Made by a program: the position numbers and the translations under genes
In this document: positions 1 through 10,093 of the stretch, piece by piece
How the letters are laid out: each line of letters begins with the position of its first letter
Numbering within the stretch: position 1 is the first letter of the stretch
DNA from: an uncultured Poribacteria bacterium
GTDB lineage: Bacteria; Poribacteria; WGA-4E; WGA-3G
DNA: 64,000 bases
Direction: 5' to 3'
Assembly (NCBI GenBank): GCA_951813565.1
Contig: OX638351.1
Coordinates: forward strand, 1,344,001-1,408,000
The notes under the pieces: model-generated
What the model was told of the DNA's origin: nothing
What the model saw: only the letters and a program-made list of their open reading frames with translations
Databases searched by the model: none

Positions 1-2758
1 CAACGTAAAAAATTCCCCCATCAATAGGAAATATTTGAATATTTCCGCGAACTTTAGGGTTTTGTGCCCAAACTTTATCAGCTAACTCATTAGTAATATC
101 TGCTTCAACCTGTTTTGGCCCAGCAACCCCTTCGGGATCTGACAAGACGTAGACGATACGTTCCCCGTAGTGATCCGGATCACAGCGGGCAACCAACCAT
201 GCCTTCATATTAAATTCTTTTGTTTCTGGTGTAAACGGAACCATGTTAACAAACTCTACTTGATCTTCTCCAGGTAATTTGAGCATGGCATAATACGGCA
301 TCATCTCCTGATCTGGGTTTTCAGAATAATAAATCTCAGATGGGATATGCCACCGATCACCTCTATCGAAGAATTGTTCAGGTTCTTCCACATGATAAAC
401 ACCGTAGATTTTGGCTTGAATACGGGTTAGATAATCTGGAAATCGAAGGTGTTCCTGCAGTCCTACGGGCATTTCGTCAAGCCCTTTAAATAGTTTCGGA
501 AATGCTCGATGATATGCTCCTGTAATGACCTCATTATTTCTTTTAATTGCATAAAAACTCACCTCACCAGAATAAGCATTCACGACAGCTACACCTGAAT
601 TTCGAATGTAATTAAACCGCTTAAACCGTTTAAATTGGGGTTCTACATAGTTGCTATCAGGTGTTGGTGATGTGTCATCTTCATAGAACTGTGCGTTAGG
701 ATAATGTTTACTTGTCACATAGAAATCAACAATCCACCACAATTTTCCATTATTAATAACAATATACGGGTCTGGATCGTAATCTAAGAAGGGAGCTATA
801 TGCGACAAGCGATCAGTAACCATTTTTTTTCCATGTCGCGTCCCAATCTTCCGCCAAAACATCAACCTACTATCTGGTTGCAGTGACTCATTCCTAAAAA
901 TTCTAAAAGTGTTGAATCTGATTGCAAAACAGAGTCGTCTAAACCATCCACCTAATCGAACCCCTCCTGTTCCACCATAGTGAAATTTATTTTTTTTACC
1001 TTCCGGTATAGTTGTATTCTCATCATTATTAATTCCGTTCTCTTTTTTCTTGTGCTCAAGGTCGTGTTCAGATTCTGTGGTATTAACAATAACATAATCG
1101 TATGTCATTTCCCCATAGTAAATCCAGGGTTGGGCAACCTTTAACTCAGGATATTTTTCATTATAGTGGACTCGGGATTCCGTTGTCTCATTCTTCTTTT
1201 CGGAATGTGGAACACCCTTTACCCAAAAAATTGGATTCTTGCCTTCTATATCATTCACAGGGGACACATAGACTCCATAACCGTGTGTAAAACTAAGTTT
1301 CTGAAGCCTCCATCCTTCCACTTTATCTGGGTCAATTTCCTGTGCGGCGATTAACACTTGTCTATACTGTTCGGTAGATTCAGTCTCCGTATCTATCTCA
1401 TTTGATGCCTCAATTTCGACACTTTCTGCAGATTCGTTGTTTCCTACTCGTCCTGTAGGTGCCTGTTCCTGTTGTGTTGATTTAGAGATGGTAGGCCGCC
1501 CTACACGATACCTATCAACATCTGTATAACGATGGAAGTTGTGATGTTTAACACGATGGTCTGCGCGTAGTAAATTATATAACACCTGTCGATCCCAGAG
1601 TTGAATATTTTCGACAACATCTGGGTTCTGATTGACCATATCCAACGTGGCAAGCTCTTCGTTATAAACCTCTTCCTTAATAGTGTTTAAATCAAAAGCT
1701 TCACGTGTGCTTTGAATGTGTGATTTCAGATATTCTCCCTCTTTAATGAGTTCAACAGTTCGAACGTTCCACCAATGATTCACAAATGGATAAACGTGAA
1801 TGAGCGTAAGATAACTTAAACCCCAAACTCCAATTGCCATGTACCATACGATGCGTTTCCGAGAAAAGAGATTAATCAAGATTGCAATACCTATACTCAC
1901 GATTATTGCAGAATAGATCCAAGTTGCCCCCGCAAGTTGGAAATCCATATAGAAGAATCCGTGCAATTCTGTAAGATTGTCTGTAATCGGAGAAGTGTAA
2001 ACCTTGCCCCACAGATAAACATAAATTCTCCAAATATTCACTGCCAACAACATCAACCACAAGGCAGAACCGTGAAAAGCAATATTTCTTTTCACAAATC
2101 CCATAGATCGTGCATCCCGACGGTAGTAGAAGTTGTAGAGTAAACCCACTACGCCGCAGGTTACCCATAGTAAAATCTCTATCCAAAGACTTACCGCTTG
2201 ATGTATAGGGAAGGAAAAGAGATAAAAATTCCGATCTTTCCCTAAAAGAAAAGGTTCAACTTTTTCAGTTGGGCGTTCCAGATAGCGGATAAAAATATCT
2301 TGTAGGGACATCATAGGAATAGCGAAGAGAATAGCAAGCAGAATCGTGCTGATAAAAAAGGTGCGATGGAAGGAGACGGTACGTTGGTGGGTCCAACGAG
2401 AAAACTCCCGCGGTTCCGGACACAGCCGTTTCGCTATTACTGCGTTCAAATTCATAAACGCTAACGCAACGAAGAAAAATCCAAAAAAGAGGCCCCATCG
2501 TATCTTTCGGAGTTTCCAAAAAATTTCGGCATAATTAACACTTACAAACCAGAGATGCTCCGTATAGAGGTAGGAAAACGGAATCATACTACTCAAAAGC
2601 GCAATACCACCTATCCCCCAAAGCAGATATGCCTGGATTTTCAACGAAAGTTTCCGATACCAAATCCCTCGCCGAAACCGGAAGATACCCCATATAAGGG
2701 TAATCGTGACAAGAATGACATTGAAAATTAGCCAAGCAATTGCAAGATCAGGACTCAT
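1..2758 (-). CDS. UPF0182 (COG1615) family membrane protein, 3' end beyond the window edge
   Basis: Not in the ORF track because it is open to the edge. Segments translated manually from ATG 2758: hydrophobic N-terminus, YTEHLWF, LWDRQVL, FTHGYG, WIYYGE, DPDPYIV, NYIRNSGVAVVNAYSGEV, matching UPF0182 motifs. Confidence 0.85.
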   Translation of the reverse strand, partial: MSPDLAIAWLIFNVILVTITLIWGIFRFRRGIWYRKLSLKIQAYLLWGIGGIALLSSMIPFSYLYTEHLWFVSVNYAEIFWKLRKIRWGLFFGFFFVALAFMNLNAVIAKRLCPEPREFSRWTHQRTVSFHRTFFISTILLAILFAIPMMSLQDIFIRYLERPTEKVEPFLLGKDRNFYLFSFPIHQAVSLWIEILLWVTCGVVGLLYNFYYRRDARSMGFVKRNIAFHGSALWLMLLAVNIWRIYVYLWGKVYTSPITDNLTELHGFFYMDFQLAGATWIYSAIIVSIGIAILINLFSRKRIVWYMAIGVWGLSYLTLIHVYPFVNHWWNVRTVELIKEGEYLKSHIQSTREAFDLNTIKEEVYNEELATLDMVNQNPDVVENIQLWDRQVLYNLLRADHRVKHHNFHRYTDVDRYRVGRPTISKSTQQEQAPTGRVGNNESAESVEIEASNEIDTETESTEQYRQVLIAAQEIDPDKVEGWRLQKLSFTHGYGVYVSPVNDIEGKNPIFWVKGVPHSEKKNETTESRVHYNEKYPELKVAQPWIYYGEMTYDYVIVNTTESEHDLEHKKKENGINNDENTTIPEGKKNKFHYGGTGGVRLGGWFRRLCFAIRFNTFRIFRNESLQPDSRLMFWRKIGTRHGKKMVTDRLSHIAPFLDYDPDPYIVINNGKLWWIVDFYVTSKHYPNAQFYEDDTSPTPDSNYVEPQFKRFKRFNYIRNSGVAVVNAYSGEVSFYAIKRNNEVITGAYHRAFPKLFKGLDEMPVGLQEHLRFPDYLTRIQAKIYGVYHVEEPEQFFDRGDRWHIPSEIYYSENPDQEMMPYYAMLKLPGEDQVEFVNMVPFTPETKEFNMKAWLVARCDPDHYGERIVYVLSDPEGVAGPKQVEADITNELADKVWAQNPKVRGNIQIFPIDGGIFYV

Positions 2759-3084
2759 AAGAAAAACCTCTTTTGGTTTTCGTAGGGAGTAGCATCAAGC
2801 AGTTAAGCAAGTTAACATATCTATCTCAACGCCGTAGTCCGTTTGGACACATTCCTATGCTGTGAAACGCTTTAATATAGAATACCATCATTTTTAACCG
2901 ATGTCAAGGCAATCAACATAAGTCGCTATTGTCAATCCTAATCTGAATATACGTTTTTGATACACAACAAATCCTCTCAAAATTTTGTTTTTCATTTTTT
3001 ACATTTTTGCTATAATGTGATAGTTGCAAGATGGACTTGCAAATTACGACTTATACTCACCCATAATAAGCAAGGAGGCTTGTT

Positions 3085-3540
3085 ATGTTTGGAAGAAAAA
3101 AGAAAACGACAATGATCCCCACAATTAGTTCTGGGGTCACAGGTCCCCTCGGTGTGTTACATCTCCCTCGATTTTGGTCAAAGGTGTTGATGGATGCCAA
3201 AGGGGTACTCCATGAAGATTATCCCGCATGTGGCGCGGGGTACGATCAGATGGTGTTAGACGGGCTCGGACTTGATAAAGACGCTACACTGGCGTATATC
3301 CGAGACAATTCACCCACCTATCCGCAATTTGAAGCGTGGGTTTTGGAGCAGAGCGGCGGTAGTCTTGATGCTAACGCTGTTGCTGAGTTGAACGCCGCAA
3401 TTGAGGGGTACCATCATGATGACGATACCCGTAAAGGCATTCTCGGTGCAAGCGGAATCGAAGACGATGGTAGTATTTTAGACGCGGTTAATCTAAATAA
3501 CCTTGATGATTGGTCCGAATTTCATGCAAGTTTAGATTAA
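3085..3540 (+). CDS. DUF5069-like protein
   Basis: GPLGVLHLPRFWSK...DYPACGAGYDQMVLDGLG pattern; AAGGAGG RBS. Confidence 0.6.
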   Translation: MFGRKKKTTMIPTISSGVTGPLGVLHLPRFWSKVLMDAKGVLHEDYPACGAGYDQMVLDGLGLDKDATLAYIRDNSPTYPQFEAWVLEQSGGSLDANAVAELNAAIEGYHHDDDTRKGILGASGIEDDGSILDAVNLNNLDDWSEFHASLD

Positions 3541-3647
3541 ATGTTCGCTCATGTAAAAAGTGTGTGCGGTTGTTTTTAATGAAGGCAATGGCCACGCGGG
3601 TTAAACCTTTTGATTAGCACTCATTCTTTACATGAGCCTAAATGTTT

Positions 3648-3694
3648 AGACATCTCTATGTAGGCACGGAAAGCAAACCTACATGGAGATGTCT
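3648..3694. terminator. Long hairpin between convergent genes, probable bidirectional terminator
   Basis: agacatctctatgtagg (3648-3664) pairs with cctacatggagatgtct (3678-3694); T-rich tail follows. Confidence 0.6.
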
Positions 3695-3708
3695 GTTTTG
3701 TCTTTTAC

Positions 3709-4767
3709 TTATTTGTCTGCCGCTGAAGTTAGTTCGATTGCTTTACCCGTTTCAGAGGATTTGAGACCAGCAAGCAGGATTTCAGTGACATGCCGCGCCG
3801 TGTAAACGTTAGAGAGAGGCGGTTGTGTTCCTGCTCGGATATGTTCGGCAAAATGTGCATGCATCCCGCTTGGTGCAACGTCGCCGCAGTCAATCGCTTT
3901 GGTATCAACCGGAGCATGTTCGCGGGTATAAGAGGTAGGTGTCCATTGCGTTAGTGCAGCACCATCTTTACCGGGCATTGTGAATTTGCCTGCTGTGCCG
4001 TGGACACTTGATTCACCTGTTCGCGCAGGATCGCACCAACTGGTTTCTGCTGTGACAATACCACCCGATTGCATCTCAAGCACAAGCGTTGCAACATCTT
4101 CTAACGCTGTTGGTTTGTCAAAAGTGGAAACGAAGCCCGTTACGCGTTTGAACGTTCCGAGCATCGCGACAAGTCCGGAGACAGCATAAACACCCATATC
4201 AAAAAGTGCACCGACACTTGCTTGTTTCGCATCGAAAAACCACAGATCGTCTCCAGATTCACCGAAAATATCGCGAATTTCAGCATAGTAAATCTCAGGG
4301 CCGCCATGACTGCTGCGCATTCTTGCACCTGATACACGTCCAATGGCATTTTCAGCAATAAGTTGGCGAACTTTATAGATACCAGCACCGAAATGCGGGA
4401 GACACATAACTGTTTTACCACTCGCTTCAGCAGCATCAACAAATTGGTTTGCTTCGTCCATAGCGCCGCAGAGCGGTTTTTGCATCAGCACATGCTTGCC
4501 CGCTTGCAATGCCTTAACACCCCACGAAACATGTAAGGGATGCGGGGTACCGACAAGGATAGCGTCAAGTGTGTCGTCAGCAATAATGGCATCATAATCC
4601 TGCGTCCAACGTGGAATATCAAATTCTTTACATTGATGTTTAAGACGGTGTTCGCGTCTACCCCCAATAACAGTGACCTCAAAATCGTCACCTTTTGTCA
4701 AATCAGGTAGATGCATTCGGCAGACGATACCACCGGCACCAATAATGCCGAGTTTAAATTTATCCAT
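3709..4767 (-). CDS. Gfo/Idh/MocA family oxidoreductase
   Basis: GIIGAGG Rossmann motif, GKHVLMQKP, GALFDMGVY. Confidence 0.9.
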   Translation of the reverse strand: MDKFKLGIIGAGGIVCRMHLPDLTKGDDFEVTVIGGRREHRLKHQCKEFDIPRWTQDYDAIIADDTLDAILVGTPHPLHVSWGVKALQAGKHVLMQKPLCGAMDEANQFVDAAEASGKTVMCLPHFGAGIYKVRQLIAENAIGRVSGARMRSSHGGPEIYYAEIRDIFGESGDDLWFFDAKQASVGALFDMGVYAVSGLVAMLGTFKRVTGFVSTFDKPTALEDVATLVLEMQSGGIVTAETSWCDPARTGESSVHGTAGKFTMPGKDGAALTQWTPTSYTREHAPVDTKAIDCGDVAPSGMHAHFAEHIRAGTQPPLSNVYTARHVTEILLAGLKSSETGKAIELTSAADK

Positions 4768-4788
4768 AGTTTTAATAATTCCTTCTAA

Positions 4789-5298
4789 ATGAAACAGTTA
4801 CGAAATAAAGCTCTTAAACACTTTTTAAAACAGTCAGGTTCTCCAGTTGCCGAACTCGTTTTTGTTCTGCAAGATGTTGAAGACCCGGTTAACGTTGGTG
4901 CAACCTTCAGAATTGCCGATGCGTGCGGCGTTCGCGAGATTGTGTTAGCCGGTATTAGTGCACATCCGCCGCACCCAACTATCGCGGGTATCGGACGCGG
5001 CACACATCGCCGCGTTCCATGGAACACAACAAAATATGCTGCCGATGCCGTTGAAAAATATAAAGAAGAAGGCTATCTCGCGTGTGCCTTAGAGGTCGCA
5101 TCGGATGCCGTGCCTTATAATACGGTTGAATATCCTGAGAAAGTGTGTTTAATTGTCGGAAATGAATACCGTGGCATTTCACGACGCACATTCGAGGTTT
5201 GTGATATGGCGATTTACCTTCCGATGTATGGAAAAGTCGGATCGTTGAATGTACACGTCGCATTGGCAGTCGCGACATACCATATTTTACATAAATGA
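4789..5298 (+). CDS. TrmH/SpoU family RNA methyltransferase
   Basis: DPVNVGATFR, IVGNEYRGI, LPMYGKVGSLNV SPOUT motifs. Confidence 0.9.
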   Translation: MKQLRNKALKHFLKQSGSPVAELVFVLQDVEDPVNVGATFRIADACGVREIVLAGISAHPPHPTIAGIGRGTHRRVPWNTTKYAADAVEKYKEEGYLACALEVASDAVPYNTVEYPEKVCLIVGNEYRGISRRTFEVCDMAIYLPMYGKVGSLNVHVALAVATYHILHK

Positions 5299-5305
5299 AA
5301 ACAAA

Positions 5306-5965
5306 TCAACCCTCAATCGGTGTCAAAACAACGTTGCGATACGCGACAGGACCGTGATCGCCTTGCAACAATAAAGGACCAGTAACCGCTTCATCTGCTA
5401 ACATTGCCCCGCGCGTAACCCCTGCCACTTCAACGTTCTCGTGAATTATTTGTCCATTCCACACGACTTTGACGAAAGTTGCATTAGCAGTTTTATTGTT
5501 GTTTGCATCATACCTTGGGGTGCGGAAGGTGATGTCGTACGTTTGCCATTCCCCTGGCGGTTTGCTCGCATTCACACGTGGTGGAACGCCATCTACAGGT
5601 TTATTGTCAATCCAGCGACAATACACACCGCCGCATGTCCCATAGTGTAGTTCCGTTGCGCCCCAACTATCTAATATCTGAATCTCATACCTACCCATCA
5701 CATAAACACCCGAATTTGATCCCTGAGGCACCATAAATTCAACGTGCAGTTCGCAATCACCATGTTCATATTCTGTGTAAAGATCTGTTGTTCGTCCTGT
5801 AGGACCGTTGTAAAAAATGCCTTCGCCAGCAGTTGCTGCTAACAACTTATGATCATCTGGATTGAGCGCGACATCACCGATAGCAGACCATGCGTGTTCC
5901 GAAGCACCGCCTCTCGCGTGCCAACCGTCCATGTTCTTACCATTAAAGAGAGCAATTTGGGACAT
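5306..5965 (-). CDS. DUF1080 / 3-keto-disaccharide hydrolase family protein
   Basis: LFNGKNMDGW, NSGVY, YEIQILDS, PGEWQTYDI, LQGDHG. Confidence 0.85.
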   Translation of the reverse strand: MSQIALFNGKNMDGWHARGGASEHAWSAIGDVALNPDDHKLLAATAGEGIFYNGPTGRTTDLYTEYEHGDCELHVEFMVPQGSNSGVYVMGRYEIQILDSWGATELHYGTCGGVYCRWIDNKPVDGVPPRVNASKPPGEWQTYDITFRTPRYDANNNKTANATFVKVVWNGQIIHENVEVAGVTRGAMLADEAVTGPLLLQGDHGPVAYRNVVLTPIEG

Positions 5966-6140
5966 ATATCCCTCCTATGTAAATGTGTTAGATACTTTGA
6001 TAAATTTACCAAAAATTTATCATTGACAAATTTTGAAAAATGACATACTCTATATGGATAATGTATGATTCAAATGCTAACTGAATATAATACGGAAGTA
6101 AGTGTCTTTAGGAAATTATATTGAAGGATAATTAAAGCCT

Positions 6141-7067
6141 ATGAAACAAGCGTTCTTATTTTTATTTTTATCCCTACTGATGGGATCACTCGTTGTTTTC
6201 AAAATTGCTACGATCCAAGCGGATACTACGAATAAGCAAGAAAGCACTTCAGAGACTATAAAAACACCTTTTGCTGAAGGTTGCAACAAATGTCACGGAG
6301 ATGAAGATGCTTACAAAGAATGGACGCAGGCGGGGCATTCACATGCACTTGTCAATCTCCTTGAAGGACCGTATGAGGTAAAAACGTCTTGTCTGAGTTG
6401 TCACTCCTCTGGGTATACCCTGTTTGCCGAGCGAGGGATTCCAGGACACCCGTATAACGAAAAGACAGCGGTCAATGCAGTTGCGTGCTCTTCCTGCCAT
6501 TCACATTCCAGCAAAGAAGAACATTTATTGGTAGTACCAGCAAAAAAATTATGTATCAGTTGCCACAAGATGGACTGTGGGTGTGCTGGCGCTGGTATTG
6601 TACACCAATCGCAAGCAGAGATGTTTTTAGGACGTGAAGGTGCAGGTGTTAAACGGATGCCATCACCGCACGTACGTGCTATGAAAAAACGTTGTGTCCA
6701 CTGCCACATGGCAAAAAATGACCCGAAAAAAGACGGCCAAGAAACTGTCGCAAAACATGGTGGTCATACCTTCAAGGCGGACTTCTCAACTTGTGGCAGC
6801 GCGGGATGCCATGATAGTGTTGACAATGATATGGCAACAAAACTACCGCTGTATCGTGCTGAAATTGAGGCAAAAATGAAGGAAGTCAAAACAATGCTGG
6901 ACAACGCAGCAGATAACACTTCGCAAGCCTATAAAGATGCAAAGTTAAACTATGACATGGTGAAAGGAGACAGCGGCTACGGGTTACATAATATCCCTTA
7001 TGCCCGCGCTTTATTAGAGCATAGCCTCTCTCTAAAACCACAATTAACCTTTGCCAAAGATCAGTAA
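6141..7067 (+). CDS. Exported multiheme c-type cytochrome (5 CxxCH plus 1 CX4CH)
   Basis: Signal-like N-terminus; CNKCH, CLSCH, CSSCH, CISCH, CVHCH, CGSAGCH; C-terminal helical region with GDSGYGLHN. Confidence 0.85.
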   Translation: MKQAFLFLFLSLLMGSLVVFKIATIQADTTNKQESTSETIKTPFAEGCNKCHGDEDAYKEWTQAGHSHALVNLLEGPYEVKTSCLSCHSSGYTLFAERGIPGHPYNEKTAVNAVACSSCHSHSSKEEHLLVVPAKKLCISCHKMDCGCAGAGIVHQSQAEMFLGREGAGVKRMPSPHVRAMKKRCVHCHMAKNDPKKDGQETVAKHGGHTFKADFSTCGSAGCHDSVDNDMATKLPLYRAEIEAKMKEVKTMLDNAADNTSQAYKDAKLNYDMVKGDSGYGLHNIPYARALLEHSLSLKPQLTFAKDQ

Positions 7068-7101
7068 ACGCTTCTACTAATGATTTAGCAGAGACAGAAT
7101 T

Positions 7102-7959
7102 TTAACTGCCACCATTCAGTGCCGATTTTAACGGAACATCCTTATCTTGCGGTATATAATAACTCAACGGGTCACTGACAACACCGATGAGCTGCTTTTG
7201 AATCGGAGTGCATTTGGCGACCAAGTTATCCGGCATCTGTATATAGTCCATCGGTTTGACCCAACGATAGGCATATCCCATAAAGATCGTTTTGCGCGGC
7301 AAACCTGACCAATTGTGTCCGATGCCATGATACGTCCGTTGTTCAAAGAGGAAGGCATCACCAGCATTGACGTTCATAGAAATCGCACCACGTGCCCAAC
7401 CTGTTTCAGGATCACGGGCAGGCATACCGGTTAATCGGTTACTTCCTGGTACTAACACCGTTGCACCTGAGGCAGGGTCAGACTGGTCACTGATAGCGTA
7501 CGCTATCTTGAGCAGGATACGCGGATGCGGTTCCTGCATCTCGCGATATGACGTTCCACCATCACGATGAAGTCCAATCTTCGTCTTGGCATCGTCAGCA
7601 GGTTCCTCTTTTGAAGGGAGAACAATCAGGTGTGACGTAATCATCTGGATGTTCCAATTCAACACACCGCAAGCGAGGGGAAAAGTATTGTCCCAGTCAA
7701 GCAGTTGGAGAAACGCTTCATGATGCGTAAGACAATTACGAAGATTCAGTTTACCGCCTTGTTCCAGATTGCCTGCTTCCTCTTGCGTGGCATAAACTTC
7801 GTCAACAGCAGCGTCAATTTCTGCCACGACATCTGATGGTAAAGCGTTTTTAATTAAGAGGTATCCGTTGTTATCAACAAACTGTTTTTGTTCAGACGAA
7901 AGGACTACCGCCTCAGACAAATCGTTCATCGTATCCATTTTTTCATCCTTTTTAGACAT
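7102..7959 (-). CDS. Phytanoyl-CoA dioxygenase (PhyH) family 2OG-Fe(II) oxygenase
   Basis: HRD motif, VLVPGSN, distal His in RTYHG; start codon uncertain. Confidence 0.85.
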   Translation of the reverse strand: MSKKDEKMDTMNDLSEAVVLSSEQKQFVDNNGYLLIKNALPSDVVAEIDAAVDEVYATQEEAGNLEQGGKLNLRNCLTHHEAFLQLLDWDNTFPLACGVLNWNIQMITSHLIVLPSKEEPADDAKTKIGLHRDGGTSYREMQEPHPRILLKIAYAISDQSDPASGATVLVPGSNRLTGMPARDPETGWARGAISMNVNAGDAFLFEQRTYHGIGHNWSGLPRKTIFMGYAYRWVKPMDYIQMPDNLVAKCTPIQKQLIGVVSDPLSYYIPQDKDVPLKSALNGGS

Positions 7960-8111
7960 GTCTAAATTCAATTATGTAATTCCGATTTTGGACGCTTGGC
8001 TTTCCTTTAGTTTTAAAGTATACAAGGATTTACAGAAAATCTCAAGATAATTTTAGACAATATCAGCACTCTGAAGCTTAAGGCTACAACGCGGAAAGTT
8101 CAGAATCAATT

Positions 8112-10064
8112 TTGAGACCTACAACTTCACAGCAATCAGGGAACGTTCAAGAAAGGGCGCATCGTGAACTAACAACACAGAGACGGCAACATTCCGGTGC
8201 GACATGGCGTGCTATCTTAATCGGCACCGGACTCATTATACCCAATGTTTATTGGATTTTAGATTCAGCGGGACAAGGGTATCCGACCACGATTTCGCTC
8301 TATTTCAATGTCATCTTCTGTATCTTTGTTATGACAGGTGCAAATTTGGCATTGATGCGGTTTTTACCCCGCATCGCGTTCCAGCAAGGCGAATTGTTGA
8401 CGATCTATGTCATGCTCGCTATTGCTTCCTCCTTGGCAGGACACGATGTTCTCCGCGTCTTAATCCCGATGATTCCCTACGCTTTCTGGTATGCTACACC
8501 TGAAAACGATTGGACGCATCTATTTCATCGCTATATCCCTGATTGGATAGCAGTCAAAGATAAAACATTTTTAACGGAGTATTACCGAGGCGAAACGAGT
8601 TTATATCGCTGGGAAATTATAGAAGGATGGATCACCACCACCCTAACTTGGGGTGGTTTTTTATGCGCGCTTGTGTTCGTCATGGTTTTCATCAATACTC
8701 TCGTTCGCAAACAGTGGACAGAACACGAAAAACTGAGTTATCCGATTATTCAACTACCGCTTGAATTGACAAACGTCGGTAAAACAAACCTGCTGACAAA
8801 CAAGATGATGTGGCTTGGCTTCGGAATTGCGGGTACGATTGATATTCTCAACGGGTTGCACTATCTTTTTCCAACCGTGCCGAGCCTTGGTGGTCGTCTC
8901 TACGATATGCGTCCATTTTTTACACAAAAACCGTGGAGTGCGATCGGATGGACTCCCGTTGCTGTATTTCCATTTGCTGTGGGGATGGCATTTTTTATCC
9001 CACTGGATCTATCGTTTTCTTGTTGGTTTTTTTATCTGTTTTGGAAGGCGGAACGGATTTTTGGAGATGCGTTGGGAATCAGAGGTATGCCAAGCTTTCC
9101 GTTTACCGATGAGCAATCGTTTGGTGCGTATATAGGTTTATTCGTTATTGCTGTAATTGCTACGCGAAAACACCTCGCACAGGTGGTACGTAAAATCTTT
9201 AGGCAGCACAGAGGCGACGATTCTGACGAACCGATGTCTTATCGCGGCATGATAATCTGCCTTATTGGTAGCCTGATGTTTATCGCTATCTTTTGTAATA
9301 CCGCTGGGATGTCTGTGTGGGCGATTGTAGTTTTCTTCGGAATTTATTACGCAATTTCCACTGCTGTGACTCGTATGCGCGCCGAACTTGGCTCACCGGT
9401 CCACGATTTGCATTTCATCGGACCGGATGAGATGATGCCTCGAATCTTCGGAACGCGCCTGCTCGGACCACGAAACCTAACGATGCTTGCCTACCTCTTC
9501 TCTTTCAATCGTGCCTATCGTGGACATCCAATGCCGCATATCCTTGAAGGCTTTAAACTTGCTGAACGCACTCAAATCTCCAATCGCAGACTTCTCATTG
9601 CAATGTGTATAGCAATTGTTATCGGAACATTCGCATCATTTTGGGCATTTTATCATATTTCATACATTGAAGGTGCACGCGATTGGTTTGCAGGCAGACC
9701 GTTTAACAGGCTTCAGAGTTGGCTCACTTCACCCAAAGTGCCGGACGTGCCTGCTATTGTCGCAATGTGTGTCGGATTTCTGATTACCGGGTTCTTGATG
9801 ATTATGCGGATACGTCTGTTTTGGTGGCCCTTTCATCCCGCGGGGTTTGCTATTTCAAGCAGTTGGTCAATGAATGTGTTTTGGTTTTCCATCTTCGTCA
9901 GTTCCGTTATCAAGTGGATTATTCTGAAGCAAGGTGGGATGAACTTGCATCGCAAACTTATTCCGTTTTTTCTCGGTTTGATTCTGGGAGAATTTATTGT
10001 CGGTGGTGTGTGGAGTCTTATCGGGATTACGTTGAATACACCGATGTATCGGTTTTTGTTTTAA
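8112..10064 (+). CDS. Large polytopic membrane protein (DUF6785/DUF6784-like, putative transporter)
   Basis: Many hydrophobic segments; QWTEHEKLSYPI, RMRAELG, WWPFHPAG, PFFLGLILGE. Confidence 0.65.
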   Translation: MRPTTSQQSGNVQERAHRELTTQRRQHSGATWRAILIGTGLIIPNVYWILDSAGQGYPTTISLYFNVIFCIFVMTGANLALMRFLPRIAFQQGELLTIYVMLAIASSLAGHDVLRVLIPMIPYAFWYATPENDWTHLFHRYIPDWIAVKDKTFLTEYYRGETSLYRWEIIEGWITTTLTWGGFLCALVFVMVFINTLVRKQWTEHEKLSYPIIQLPLELTNVGKTNLLTNKMMWLGFGIAGTIDILNGLHYLFPTVPSLGGRLYDMRPFFTQKPWSAIGWTPVAVFPFAVGMAFFIPLDLSFSCWFFYLFWKAERIFGDALGIRGMPSFPFTDEQSFGAYIGLFVIAVIATRKHLAQVVRKIFRQHRGDDSDEPMSYRGMIICLIGSLMFIAIFCNTAGMSVWAIVVFFGIYYAISTAVTRMRAELGSPVHDLHFIGPDEMMPRIFGTRLLGPRNLTMLAYLFSFNRAYRGHPMPHILEGFKLAERTQISNRRLLIAMCIAIVIGTFASFWAFYHISYIEGARDWFAGRPFNRLQSWLTSPKVPDVPAIVAMCVGFLITGFLMIMRIRLFWWPFHPAGFAISSSWSMNVFWFSIFVSSVIKWIILKQGGMNLHRKLIPFFLGLILGEFIVGGVWSLIGITLNTPMYRFLF

Positions 10065-10093
10065 CTATAACAGTTATACCAATTCAAGAAGTT

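Noticed and set aside
1102..2534. Short ORFs from the ORF track
   Set aside because: All lie within the long minus-strand UPF0182 gene; shadow frames.
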